Position numbers and translations under genes: made by a program
Part shown: positions 1-7,531 of the stretch, in pieces
How positions within the stretch are numbered: position 1 is the first letter of the stretch
Layout of the letters: each line of letters begins with the position of its first letter
Assembly (NCBI GenBank): GCA_965367815.1
Contig: CBDUKN010000031.1
Location: 1-16,623, forward strand
Length of the DNA stretch: 16,623 nucleotides
Reading direction: 5' to 3'
Source: an uncultured Thermoprotei archaeon
GTDB lineage: Archaea > Thermoproteota > Thermoprotei > Thermofilales > B15-G2
The notes under the pieces: generated by a model
What the model was told of the DNA's origin: nothing
What the model saw: the letters and a program-made list of their open reading frames with translations, nothing else
Databases searched by the model: none

Positions 1-63
1 CCAGCCAACTTAACTTGGAGACTTATAGACAGATTTGAAATTCCTATAAAAATAGGTGAGTGA
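1..63 (+). CDS. 3' end of an upstream gene truncated by the window edge (...PANLTWRLIDRFEIPIKIGE*)
   Basis: Frame 1 is open from base 1 to TGA at 61-63. Its end carries the GGTGA SD (55-59) of the next gene, as expected in an operon. Confidence 0.55.
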   Translation, partial: PANLTWRLIDRFEIPIKIGE

Positions 64-65
64 AT

Positions 66-440
66 ATGGAAGAGTACTTGTCTGTAGTATTAGCTGTAGT
101 AGCCTGTTGTATACTAGTGTTTTTTAGTTGTATTAATTTGAATTATTATAGTGAAGCAGATATACTGGATTTCCTTACGGACGTAAAATATGCAAGTATA
201 TCCAACGTTAATTTTACAAGAATATATTATTTCCCATTCAAAGTTAGCATAGTTAATGGAAGTATTATTGTTTCGAAACCAATAGTTCAAGTATACTTTG
301 CTGAAGTCGATAACATTATAAAAGCTCCAGTTATAGTCTCACGTAACATTACTTTGACGGGCCTAGTTAAATTAAGAGTTATTAGTTACGATAATAGTCT
401 TGTTTATATAGAAGTTGTCGACAAAAAAATAGTCACCTAG
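66..440 (+). CDS. Small secreted or membrane-anchored hypothetical protein with an N-terminal hydrophobic helix and beta-rich body
   Basis: ORF 60..440. GGTGA at 55-59 favours ATG 66 over GTG 60. The hydrophobic stretch YLSVVLAVVACCILVFF is followed by a V/I/N-rich region. Confidence 0.7.
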   Translation: MEEYLSVVLAVVACCILVFFSCINLNYYSEADILDFLTDVKYASISNVNFTRIYYFPFKVSIVNGSIIVSKPIVQVYFAEVDNIIKAPVIVSRNITLTGLVKLRVISYDNSLVYIEVVDKKIVT

Positions 441-452
441 GGTGTAAACAGC

Positions 453-1859
453 TTGAAGCAAGTAGTTTACTGGGATTTAGAAAAGAATATTCCTTTACTT
501 CAAAGAAAACCACGCAAGCTTACTCAAATAGTTGCTGAAAGCGACCTGAGACCTCTTTTCTCCGCAGAATTTTCAAGACTAAAGCACTATGTGTACAAAA
601 AATATGGTAGTTGTTCAAAGAGTCTTCTTCCTCGAGGAGTTGCGCTAGTTTCACAAGTAAAAGATTACTTAGACGATATGAAATCGGTTTACGCGGATGG
701 AGGACTTCTCTGCCAATTTTACTTTAATCCAGTTGAACTAAAGTGGCACGTAAGGTTAAGCAAAATAGGTGCTTTGAAAGCAGTGAGAGATAAAGTGATC
801 TCGTATGGATATATATGGAAAAACAGCATTTCAAAAGGAGTCTACAGATTAGATGACTTCGAGAAGAAGTTTACTGGAGGAGTATCAAATGAATTTGCTG
901 TACTTTCACCTGAAGGTAAAATTTTAGGACTAGGTCTTATTGAAGGCAGCAAGGTCGTTATTATCAAGAAGTGGGCTAAACCTCCCTCAGAAGCATTGGA
1001 AGAGAAATCTACGTGGAGAGATTTTGTTGAAGAGAACTATACTGAAATTGAGCATAAATTTTTTGAAAGCCTGAATATTTTAATAAAATTCTATAAAAAG
1101 AAGAAAAATAGACGAAAATTTATAGTAACTTTTTCTGGCGGAAAAGACAGTAGTGTTGTGCTTAGTCTAGCTATGGAAGCTAAAATAGATTGTGAAGTTT
1201 TATTCAATAATACAGGAGTAGAGCACATAGAGACTCTATCTTTTGTTAAAGTGCTAGCAAATAAACTGGGAGCTCCTCTTAAAACAATCGAAGCACCTGC
1301 AGATTTCTTTAAAAAAGTAGCCGAAAAAGGACCTCCTGCAAGAGACTATAGGTGGTGTACAGATTATCTCAAGATATTACCGTCGCAAAAATACTTCGCA
1401 AAATATTCACACGTAGTAAATGTAGTTGGTTTAAGAAGAGTAGAATCGTCTTCAAGAAGCAGACTCGGATACGTATTTAGACAGAGTGAAAAACCGGATG
1501 TAATTGGACTAGCTCCAATACTTAAATGGACCGGAATCCACGTATGGCTGTACATTGCTACAAGGAATCTTCCTTATAATCCGCTATATTTAGCAGGATT
1601 TGAAAGAATAGGATGCTTTATGTGTCCTTCAGCAAATTTATCCGAACTAGATTTTACGAGAAAAGTACATAGCGAACTATGGGAGCTCTGGGAAAATGTT
1701 CTTCAAGAAGTAGCCTCAAGGCTACAGCTAAATAATAACTGGAGCAAGTACTGTCTCTGGAGATGGAAAGGACTAGCTGTTAAGAAAAGAGAGCTCTGCA
1801 AAGCCATAGGTGATATGTCTCTCTATATAGAATACGACTATAACAAAGTACTGGTCTAG
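453..1859 (+). CDS. PAPS-reductase-family PP-loop ATPase with an N-terminal PUA-like domain
   Basis: PP-loop FSGGKDS, NTGVE, PPARDYRWCTDYLKILP, GLRRVESSSR, PILKW, NPLY..GFERIGCFMCP. TTG start preceded by AGGGTG. Confidence 0.88.
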   Translation: MKQVVYWDLEKNIPLLQRKPRKLTQIVAESDLRPLFSAEFSRLKHYVYKKYGSCSKSLLPRGVALVSQVKDYLDDMKSVYADGGLLCQFYFNPVELKWHVRLSKIGALKAVRDKVISYGYIWKNSISKGVYRLDDFEKKFTGGVSNEFAVLSPEGKILGLGLIEGSKVVIIKKWAKPPSEALEEKSTWRDFVEENYTEIEHKFFESLNILIKFYKKKKNRRKFIVTFSGGKDSSVVLSLAMEAKIDCEVLFNNTGVEHIETLSFVKVLANKLGAPLKTIEAPADFFKKVAEKGPPARDYRWCTDYLKILPSQKYFAKYSHVVNVVGLRRVESSSRSRLGYVFRQSEKPDVIGLAPILKWTGIHVWLYIATRNLPYNPLYLAGFERIGCFMCPSANLSELDFTRKVHSELWELWENVLQEVASRLQLNNNWSKYCLWRWKGLAVKKRELCKAIGDMSLYIEYDYNKVLV

Positions 1860-1872
1860 GAAACATCAACTC

Positions 1873-1887
1873 GAAAAACTTATTTAG
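1873..1887 (+). promoter_or_regulatory. BRE/TATA promoter of tRNA-Phe
   Basis: GAAAAA-CTTATTTA lies about 23-35 nt upstream of the mature tRNA start. Confidence 0.6.
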
Positions 1888-1908
1888 TCTCTCTGAGAAA
1901 ATAATCAC

Positions 1909-1982
1909 GCCCCGGTAGCTCAGCCTGGGAGAGCATCCGGCTGAAGACCGGAGGGTCCCGGGTTCAAGTCCCGGCCGGGGCA
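1909..1982 (+). tRNA. trnF: tRNA-Phe(GAA), no intron, CCA not encoded
   Basis: Acceptor GCCCCGG/CCGGGGC plus discriminator A; anticodon arm TCCGG-CTGAAGA-CCGGA (GAA at 1943-1945, G37); T arm CCGGG-TTCAAGT-CCCGG; T-rich tract downstream. Confidence 0.98.
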
Positions 1983-2015
1983 CTACTTTTCCATAACCCA
2001 AACTTTCTCCGTGAC

Positions 2016-2029
2016 GAAAAGCTTATCTA
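2016..2029 (+). promoter_or_regulatory. BRE/TATA promoter of tRNA-Ala
   Basis: GAAAAG-CTTATCTA has the same architecture and spacing as the tRNA-Phe promoter. Confidence 0.6.
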
Positions 2030-2050
2030 TCACTCACGAAAACCAATTTT

Positions 2051-2156
2051 GGGCCGGTGGTGTAGCCTGGAGGCATGCCGCCCTTGCGAGCCTCTTCCCC
2101 AGAACTGCGCGGGCCAAGAGAGGCGGAGGACCCGGGTTCAAATCCCGGCCGGTCCA
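2051..2156 (+). tRNA. trnA: tRNA-Ala(UGC) with a 32-nt intron at canonical position 37/38
   Basis: Acceptor GGGCCGG/CCGGTCC carries the G3:U70 Ala identity pair, plus discriminator A. Anticodon stem CCGCC(2078-82)/GGCGG(2122-26); TGC at 2085-2087; T loop TTCAAAT. Confidence 0.97.
2089..2120 (+). other. tRNA intron with strict bulge-helix-bulge motif
   Basis: Central helix CUUG(2083-86)/CAAG(2115-18); 3-nt bulges CGA(2087-89) and AGA(2119-21); outer helix GCCU(2090-93)/GGGC(2111-14). Confidence 0.93.
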
Positions 2157-2223
2157 CTATTTCTCTTAATTTTTAGCTCTCACTTAAAGTAGTCTTAGGC
2201 GTTGCATCTTTAAAGAAAACTAG

Positions 2224-2278
2224 AATCAGCCCACCTGCCTTCTAATCATCAAGTCATTGCCGCCTGAGCTCATCACTC
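2224..2278 (-). ncRNA. C/D-box sRNA (2'-O-methylation guide)
   Basis: Minus strand reads C GTGATGA (2276-2270), guide GCTCAGGCGGCA, D' ATGA (2257-2254), C' TTGATGA (2252-2246), guide TTAGAAGGCAGGTGGG, D CTGA (2229-2226). TATTTAAG lies about 25 nt upstream and a T-rich tract follows. Confidence 0.88.
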
Positions 2279-2324
2279 AGCTTAATAAATATATTTTCTG
2301 GCTTAAATACTCAGTGGGGATTGT

Positions 2325-3317
2325 GTGAAAGTCCTAGTAACTGGGGCTACAGGCTTTATAGGAGGCCACCTGGTAGAAGACCTGCACAACAGAGGATATG
2401 ATGTAATTGCAATGGCCCGTAAGACAAGTAATATATCCAAGCTTAAGGAGCTAGGACTTGAGATAAGATTTGCTGATTTAACTGACCCCGCCAGCCTAGT
2501 TGAAGCTACTAAGGGAGTTGACGCTGTAATTCACCTAGCTGCATACTATACTTTCCATGGCAAAAAAGAGCTTTACTGGAAAGTAAACGTTGAGGGAACT
2601 AGGAGTTTAGTTGAAGCATGCCTAAAGAACGGCGGCACTCGTTTCATTTACTGTAGTACGACGGAGGCAGTGGGTCCCGTCAAAAATCCTCCTGCAACAG
2701 AAGATGTAGAGCCTAATCCTACATATGAGTACGGCAGATCTAAGCTAGCTGCAGAAAGAATAGTGAAAAGCTATGGCGAGAAAGGCTTGAAGTACACAAT
2801 ACTAAGGCCTTCAGGAGTTTACGGTCCTGGTAATGTTAACGATGTATCTTACTGGTTCATTACAGGTTTCGCGAAAAAGGCTCTCTGGTCATACTTTATA
2901 GTAGGCTCGGGTGAAACATTAATACAGTTTGTTCACGTGAAAGACGTTGTACAGGGGTTCAGACTAGCGTTAGAAAAAGAAGTATCTACTGGACAAACTT
3001 ACTTCATCACAGAGGATAGAGCTTATACTTATAATGAAGTATATAAAATTCTAGCAGAAATAGTAGGCAGAGATCCTCCTAAAATCCATGTTCCGCCTAT
3101 TCTAGCTAAACTGATGATATTCCCAGTAGAAGTAACGTACAAGATTTTTGGAAAGGAAAACTTCATGTGGCATGTCTCAACAGTAGATGCTGTAACTCAG
3201 CACCGAGCATACAGTATAGAGAAAGCTAAGCGAGAGTTAGGTTACAATCCTCAGTATGACTTGAGAAGAGGACTTAAAGAAACCGTCGAGTGGTATAAGC
3301 AGCATGGCTATATATAG
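2325..3317 (+). CDS. NAD-dependent epimerase/dehydratase (extended SDR)
   Basis: VTGATGFIG Rossmann motif, HLAA, NVEGT, catalytic YGRSK, LRPSGVYGPG, FVHVKDV. Confidence 0.93.
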   Translation: MKVLVTGATGFIGGHLVEDLHNRGYDVIAMARKTSNISKLKELGLEIRFADLTDPASLVEATKGVDAVIHLAAYYTFHGKKELYWKVNVEGTRSLVEACLKNGGTRFIYCSTTEAVGPVKNPPATEDVEPNPTYEYGRSKLAAERIVKSYGEKGLKYTILRPSGVYGPGNVNDVSYWFITGFAKKALWSYFIVGSGETLIQFVHVKDVVQGFRLALEKEVSTGQTYFITEDRAYTYNEVYKILAEIVGRDPPKIHVPPILAKLMIFPVEVTYKIFGKENFMWHVSTVDAVTQHRAYSIEKAKRELGYNPQYDLRRGLKETVEWYKQHGYI

Positions 3318-4087
3318 CCTGCTCTACTGTAATATTTTTCTAAAACTTTGTCATATTCTTTATCGTTTTTAATAGCTCTTATAACCTTTCTAATGTACTC
3401 GACCCAGTACTCTATAAGCTCTTTACCTTTCTGAGAAGAAGCTTTAAGAGGATTGCCTACGTAGCCTTCGGGAGCATATCTCTGCCAATCTACCATTGAT
3501 TCGACGTACTCTACGAGATACCTTTTGCCCAATTTTGCTTCTCTCTTTACGTTGTCTAGCTTAACTAAATGGGGCTTTAAGAAAAGCATTAAGCTAGTTT
3601 CTATCTCGCATGCATGTTCGTATACATCTGTTTCACGAATTTCATCTATTTTGTTTCTCAGAGGACCCAAGGTGTCTGCGAGAACATAAAGATTTCCCTT
3701 AAAACCCTTTTCCAGCATTTTCCTAACAAATAGTCTTAAAACACGCTTGTTACCTCCATGGCCGTTTAAAATCAATATTTTCTTGAATCCCTGCCTGTAC
3801 ACTTCTTCGACTATATCTTCAAGAAGTTTCATGAAGGTCTCTGACTTCAAACTAATAGTTCCAGGAAAATGTCTGTTTTCAGGAACATAAGCATAGTAAA
3901 GAGGAGGTAGAACTATAGCTCCCTCTTTTTCAGCGGCCTTTAAAGCTATATAGTATATTATCATAGTGTCTGTTCCTAAAGGAAGATGAGGTCCATGCAC
4001 TTCAATACTGCCTATAGGAACTATTACTACAGTAGTCTCTTTATCTACAGCGCCTATATCTTTTGAAGTAAGTTCTTCCCACTTCAT
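3308..4087 (-). CDS. Creatininase-family amidohydrolase
   Basis: PIGSIEVHGPHLPLGTD, FPGTISL, LNGHGGN, EHACEIETS, G.VGNP..AS..KG. Confidence 0.93.
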   Translation of the reverse strand: MKWEELTSKDIGAVDKETTVVIVPIGSIEVHGPHLPLGTDTMIIYYIALKAAEKEGAIVLPPLYYAYVPENRHFPGTISLKSETFMKLLEDIVEEVYRQGFKKILILNGHGGNKRVLRLFVRKMLEKGFKGNLYVLADTLGPLRNKIDEIRETDVYEHACEIETSLMLFLKPHLVKLDNVKREAKLGKRYLVEYVESMVDWQRYAPEGYVGNPLKASSQKGKELIEYWVEYIRKVIRAIKNDKEYDKVLEKYYSRAGYI

Positions 4088-4091
4088 TATT

Positions 4092-4886
4092 TCACTTGAG
4101 AGCAGAAATAGCCTTATCTATAAGCTCTTTTTTCAGAGAGGCAATTAGCGCTATTCCATTTCTCTCGTAAAGACTATAGTCAAGATCGTTACCATTTAAG
4201 TCCACAACATATCCTCCTGCTTCTCTAACGATGAAGACTCCTGCAGAAATATCGACCACTCTGAGAAAGCCTCTAACGTCGACAAATGCGTCAAAAGTTC
4301 CTAAACTAGTATAGCATAGCTCTAGTGCAGCAGAACCTAAAGTCCTTACTTTAGGCAGTCCTAGTCCATAGTATACTTTCATGAAGGGCTCTACAGAATT
4401 TTCATTGAAATAACCTGATATCATTAGAGCTTTAGGCACTTCTCTTGGCTCTAATGGTTTTTCGTTAACGTATACTCCTTGACCCTTTTCTGCACAGAAA
4501 ATATCTCCGCGGAAGACGTCCTTGACTACTCCGACAAATACGTTTTTTGAGCGAGGATTCTCAGAGTACTCTGCTACGGCAATAGATATAGACGTGAATG
4601 GAATTCCTTTGATAAAGTTGTATGAGCCGTCAAGCGGGTCAACTACAAAAATATATTGCGGATTATCTGTCCTCTTAATAATTCCTCTTTCTTCTGTAAT
4701 AACAACTGCGTCGTATTTTTCAAAAATGATGTTCACAATAAAGTCTTCTACAGTTTTATCGACTAAACGCGTATCGTCTCTTCCATGTTTGCCTACTATT
4801 CTCCACGATTCTTTGCTTGAGAACATTTTTAATGCCTTTTCAGCAGCCTGATTTGCTATGTTTTTTAAGTCATTTAAGAGACTCAT
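4092..4886 (-). CDS. suhB: Inositol monophosphatase / bifunctional IMPase-FBPase
   Basis: TEE, VVDPLDGSYNF, RTLGSAALEL, VDISAG..IVREAGG. A TATA-like CTTAAAA lies about 25 nt upstream. Confidence 0.92.
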   Translation of the reverse strand: MSLLNDLKNIANQAAEKALKMFSSKESWRIVGKHGRDDTRLVDKTVEDFIVNIIFEKYDAVVITEERGIIKRTDNPQYIFVVDPLDGSYNFIKGIPFTSISIAVAEYSENPRSKNVFVGVVKDVFRGDIFCAEKGQGVYVNEKPLEPREVPKALMISGYFNENSVEPFMKVYYGLGLPKVRTLGSAALELCYTSLGTFDAFVDVRGFLRVVDISAGVFIVREAGGYVVDLNGNDLDYSLYERNGIALIASLKKELIDKAISALK

Positions 4887-4924
4887 GAAATGAATTACAG
4901 AAATCGTGTTTTAAGTATATTGCT

Positions 4925-6220
4925 CTACTTCACTCTCTTCTCCTCTTCTTCCTGCCTAATTATTAAACCATATAGCTCGATTAAGCTCTTTGCCTGAGAA
5001 TAGAACTTAATTTTTCTCATAGTAGGTGCTTGCTCAAGAAGAGGATTTTTCTCCCCTCTGAGTAGTGCTTTAGAAATATTATCTAGTTTTTCTTTAAGTT
5101 CTTTAGTTTTTTCGACCTCATGGTAAGCTAGGTTCGTCCGTTCACCTGGATCTTTCTTTAACTTAAATAGCTGCATGTAGTCTTTCGGAATTCCGTCGGG
5201 AGTTTTCTCTAAATACACTATTAGCTTCCAGTCTCTTATCCTGAGGCCTATTGCTTTTTGCTGAGTATTTTCAAGTAGTACTACAGGTCTCTCTTCATCA
5301 CAGGCGTCTACAAGAGATTTTCCATCAATTTTTATTGGAGGCTTCACACCAGCTAACTCGTATATAGTATACGCTATGTCGACGTGCTGAACTAGGTCTT
5401 CACGTACATCCTTCTCTCCATTAGGAAGCCTCATGATTAAAGGAACTCTTGTAACATTATCATAGAGACCCTTATGTCCCATATAGTCTCCATGTTCTTG
5501 AAGATTTTCGCCGTGATCTGAGGTTATGAAAAGAACCGTGGACTCTAGAAGGTCTTTTTCTCGAAGAAAATCTATTAACTCACCTATCTTATCATCTACG
5601 TACCGTATTTCGCCGTCGTACTGCGATATAGCGTAGTCAAGGAGCTTCTCGTCTTCAGGAGGCTCTTTTTGCCAGAAAACTTTGTTATATGGTTTAGGCG
5701 GCCTATAAGGAGAGTGCGGGTCCCAGTAGTGGATAAACATGAAGAAAGGTTTTCTTCTATCTAGTAGTTCCTTGAGAACTTTAATTGAGTATTCTGTAAC
5801 ATCATCTGCTTGAACTTTCAGGCCTGCTTCGGGAGCAGGTATGCCTCCTGGATGACTGTATATGTGAAATCCTCTTGTAAACCACTTGTAGAAGTCGCCA
5901 TACTTCAAGAACATGTTGTCTACAGCACCTGTCACGTAGCCTTCTTTTCTCAAAACTTCTTGAACCATAGGAATATCTTCGCTTAACTGTGCTGAACCCA
6001 TATGAGTAACTATGCCGTGGCCTAGTGGATGTACTCCCGTGAGAATAGTAGTCCAAGCCGGGTGAGTAGGTATACCGTTAGCAAAGGCCCATTTAAAGAC
6101 AATACTTTCTTCAGCTATTTTATCTATATTCGGGCTTGTTTTTCTAACGTATCCATAGCAGGAAAGATGATCGGCTCTTAAAGTATCTATGCCTATTATG
6201 ATAAAATTATATTTTTCCAT
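4925..6220 (-). CDS. Sulfatase-like alkaline-phosphatase-superfamily hydrolase with Thr at the nucleophile position
   Basis: NFIIIGIDTLRAD, SPNIDK, PTHPAWTTILTG, HYWDPHSPY, YDGEIRYVD, TSDHGE, RVPLI, DPGE..NL. SD AGGGGG. Confidence 0.9.
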   Translation of the reverse strand: MEKYNFIIIGIDTLRADHLSCYGYVRKTSPNIDKIAEESIVFKWAFANGIPTHPAWTTILTGVHPLGHGIVTHMGSAQLSEDIPMVQEVLRKEGYVTGAVDNMFLKYGDFYKWFTRGFHIYSHPGGIPAPEAGLKVQADDVTEYSIKVLKELLDRRKPFFMFIHYWDPHSPYRPPKPYNKVFWQKEPPEDEKLLDYAISQYDGEIRYVDDKIGELIDFLREKDLLESTVLFITSDHGENLQEHGDYMGHKGLYDNVTRVPLIMRLPNGEKDVREDLVQHVDIAYTIYELAGVKPPIKIDGKSLVDACDEERPVVLLENTQQKAIGLRIRDWKLIVYLEKTPDGIPKDYMQLFKLKKDPGERTNLAYHEVEKTKELKEKLDNISKALLRGEKNPLLEQAPTMRKIKFYSQAKSLIELYGLIIRQEEEEKRVK

Positions 6221-6263
6221 GCCCCCTAAGTAAACGAGATTTCAGCAAATAAAAAACTATAGA

Positions 6264-7451
6264 CTAAACAATGCTTCTCTTCTTAGCTAAAGCTTTACTC
6301 GAGAAAGAGAGCTTCACTCCACTTTCTCTAGAAACTATTGATAGAATTTTCTCTCTCACGAATTCTCTTTCTTCAGGTCTAAGAACGGCTTTCTCATGAG
6401 CGCGGATCATTAAATAAGGATAGCCCTTACACATGAGGGCCTGAGCCAAAATAAATCGATGTATTTTTTGAACAAGGTTTTTATCCTTAGAAACCCATGT
6501 GGGGAACTCTACTCTGAGTATACTGTAACCTGTATTTAAGTAGAAAAAGGCTATTTTCTTTTCAAGAATACTCTTCTTAAGCACTTTATTGTGTTCAATA
6601 AATATTGATGAGCGCGCGCCGGGCCTTAGTACAAACGACATAAGTGTTTTATCCTCAACTACGCTTTTGCATAACTTAAGTATGCACGAGGAGCACGATT
6701 TTACTCGGCTGCAGTATACTCTAGTTAGAGTGTTTACAATAGACCTTGATCTAGTGAAATATACTGCTATAGGCACTAGTTTAAGGGGCCTCATTTTGCT
6801 AAATTCATCTTCTACTAGAGACAGCATGTATTCTCGATCATCTCTAGACCTTGAGCCGAGATAACTTAAAGAGAAAGATCTATCAAATAGAACTAGAGTC
6901 GCTGTATCAGAGGCGTAGGACTTTGCTATTTTACACTCTTCGCTGAAAGACCAAGCGTCTATATCAGCAGAAGTCATTAAGTATTTTACTCCTCTCTTTT
7001 CTACATAAACTTCATTGCCTATTCTAAGTATAGGTATACTATCCTCTATGTATTCTCCTTTTTCGTATGAGACATAAAAAGAGCCTATATTGAGTAAAGC
7101 AAAAGGCGGATCAATGTGGGGGTCAGGTTCAATCCAGCTACTATCAACTGCGACTGCAGTTGAATCACTGCATGCTTCTTTGAGAAATTCTGGATTTACT
7201 TCACTTAAAGGCTGATATTTTGTGTCAAATGGAACAGGTGGAGGAATATTCCAGAACCCCCATTCATCTGTTGGAATAGCTAAAGGCGATGTGTCTTCAC
7301 TTAAAATTACTTGCAACTCCTCTATTTCAGGAAGAGGCGAGCTAATAATGTCTAAGAGAGTTTTTAAACTTCGAGGATATCCTACATCCTTACTCGAAAT
7401 AAAGCGAGCCTTATGTCTGAGCTCTTTAATGAACTTAATTTGATCTAACAC
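6264..7451 (-). CDS. nurA: NurA-family nuclease
   Basis: AVAVDSS, VLFDRS, FFYL....ILRVEFP, GYPYLMIRAHEKAV (NurA GYP...AH motif). Confidence 0.85.
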   Translation of the reverse strand: MLDQIKFIKELRHKARFISSKDVGYPRSLKTLLDIISSPLPEIEELQVILSEDTSPLAIPTDEWGFWNIPPPVPFDTKYQPLSEVNPEFLKEACSDSTAVAVDSSWIEPDPHIDPPFALLNIGSFYVSYEKGEYIEDSIPILRIGNEVYVEKRGVKYLMTSADIDAWSFSEECKIAKSYASDTATLVLFDRSFSLSYLGSRSRDDREYMLSLVEDEFSKMRPLKLVPIAVYFTRSRSIVNTLTRVYCSRVKSCSSCILKLCKSVVEDKTLMSFVLRPGARSSIFIEHNKVLKKSILEKKIAFFYLNTGYSILRVEFPTWVSKDKNLVQKIHRFILAQALMCKGYPYLMIRAHEKAVLRPEEREFVREKILSIVSRESGVKLSFSSKALAKKRSIV

Positions 7452-7476
7452 TAAAAGATAGTAGCTAGGCCAAGAG

Positions 7477-7509
7477 ATATAACTATCACTTGTTAAGTGA
7501 AAGTTATAT
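7477..7509. promoter_or_regulatory. Palindromic back-to-back BRE/TATA promoters for nurA and the MBL gene
   Basis: ATATAACT-A-TCACTT-GTT-AAGTGA-A-AGTTATAT. Each arm supplies TTATAT about 23-31 nt before a start codon (7451 minus, 7532 plus). Confidence 0.7.
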
Positions 7510-7531
7510 ACTAAGATACGAATACTAAATC

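Noticed and set aside
453-1859. Complete Dnd/Ssp DNA phosphorothioation defence system or CysH sulfate assimilation locus
   Set aside because: No partner genes in the window and no ECGLH motif.
1780-2001. 73-aa minus-strand ORF (PRPGLEPGTLRSS...)
   Set aside because: Antisense shadow of tRNA-Phe.
1983-2325. Integrated element or att site at the tRNA genes
   Set aside because: No integrase and no repeat of either tRNA 3' end elsewhere in the window; flanking genes are housekeeping.
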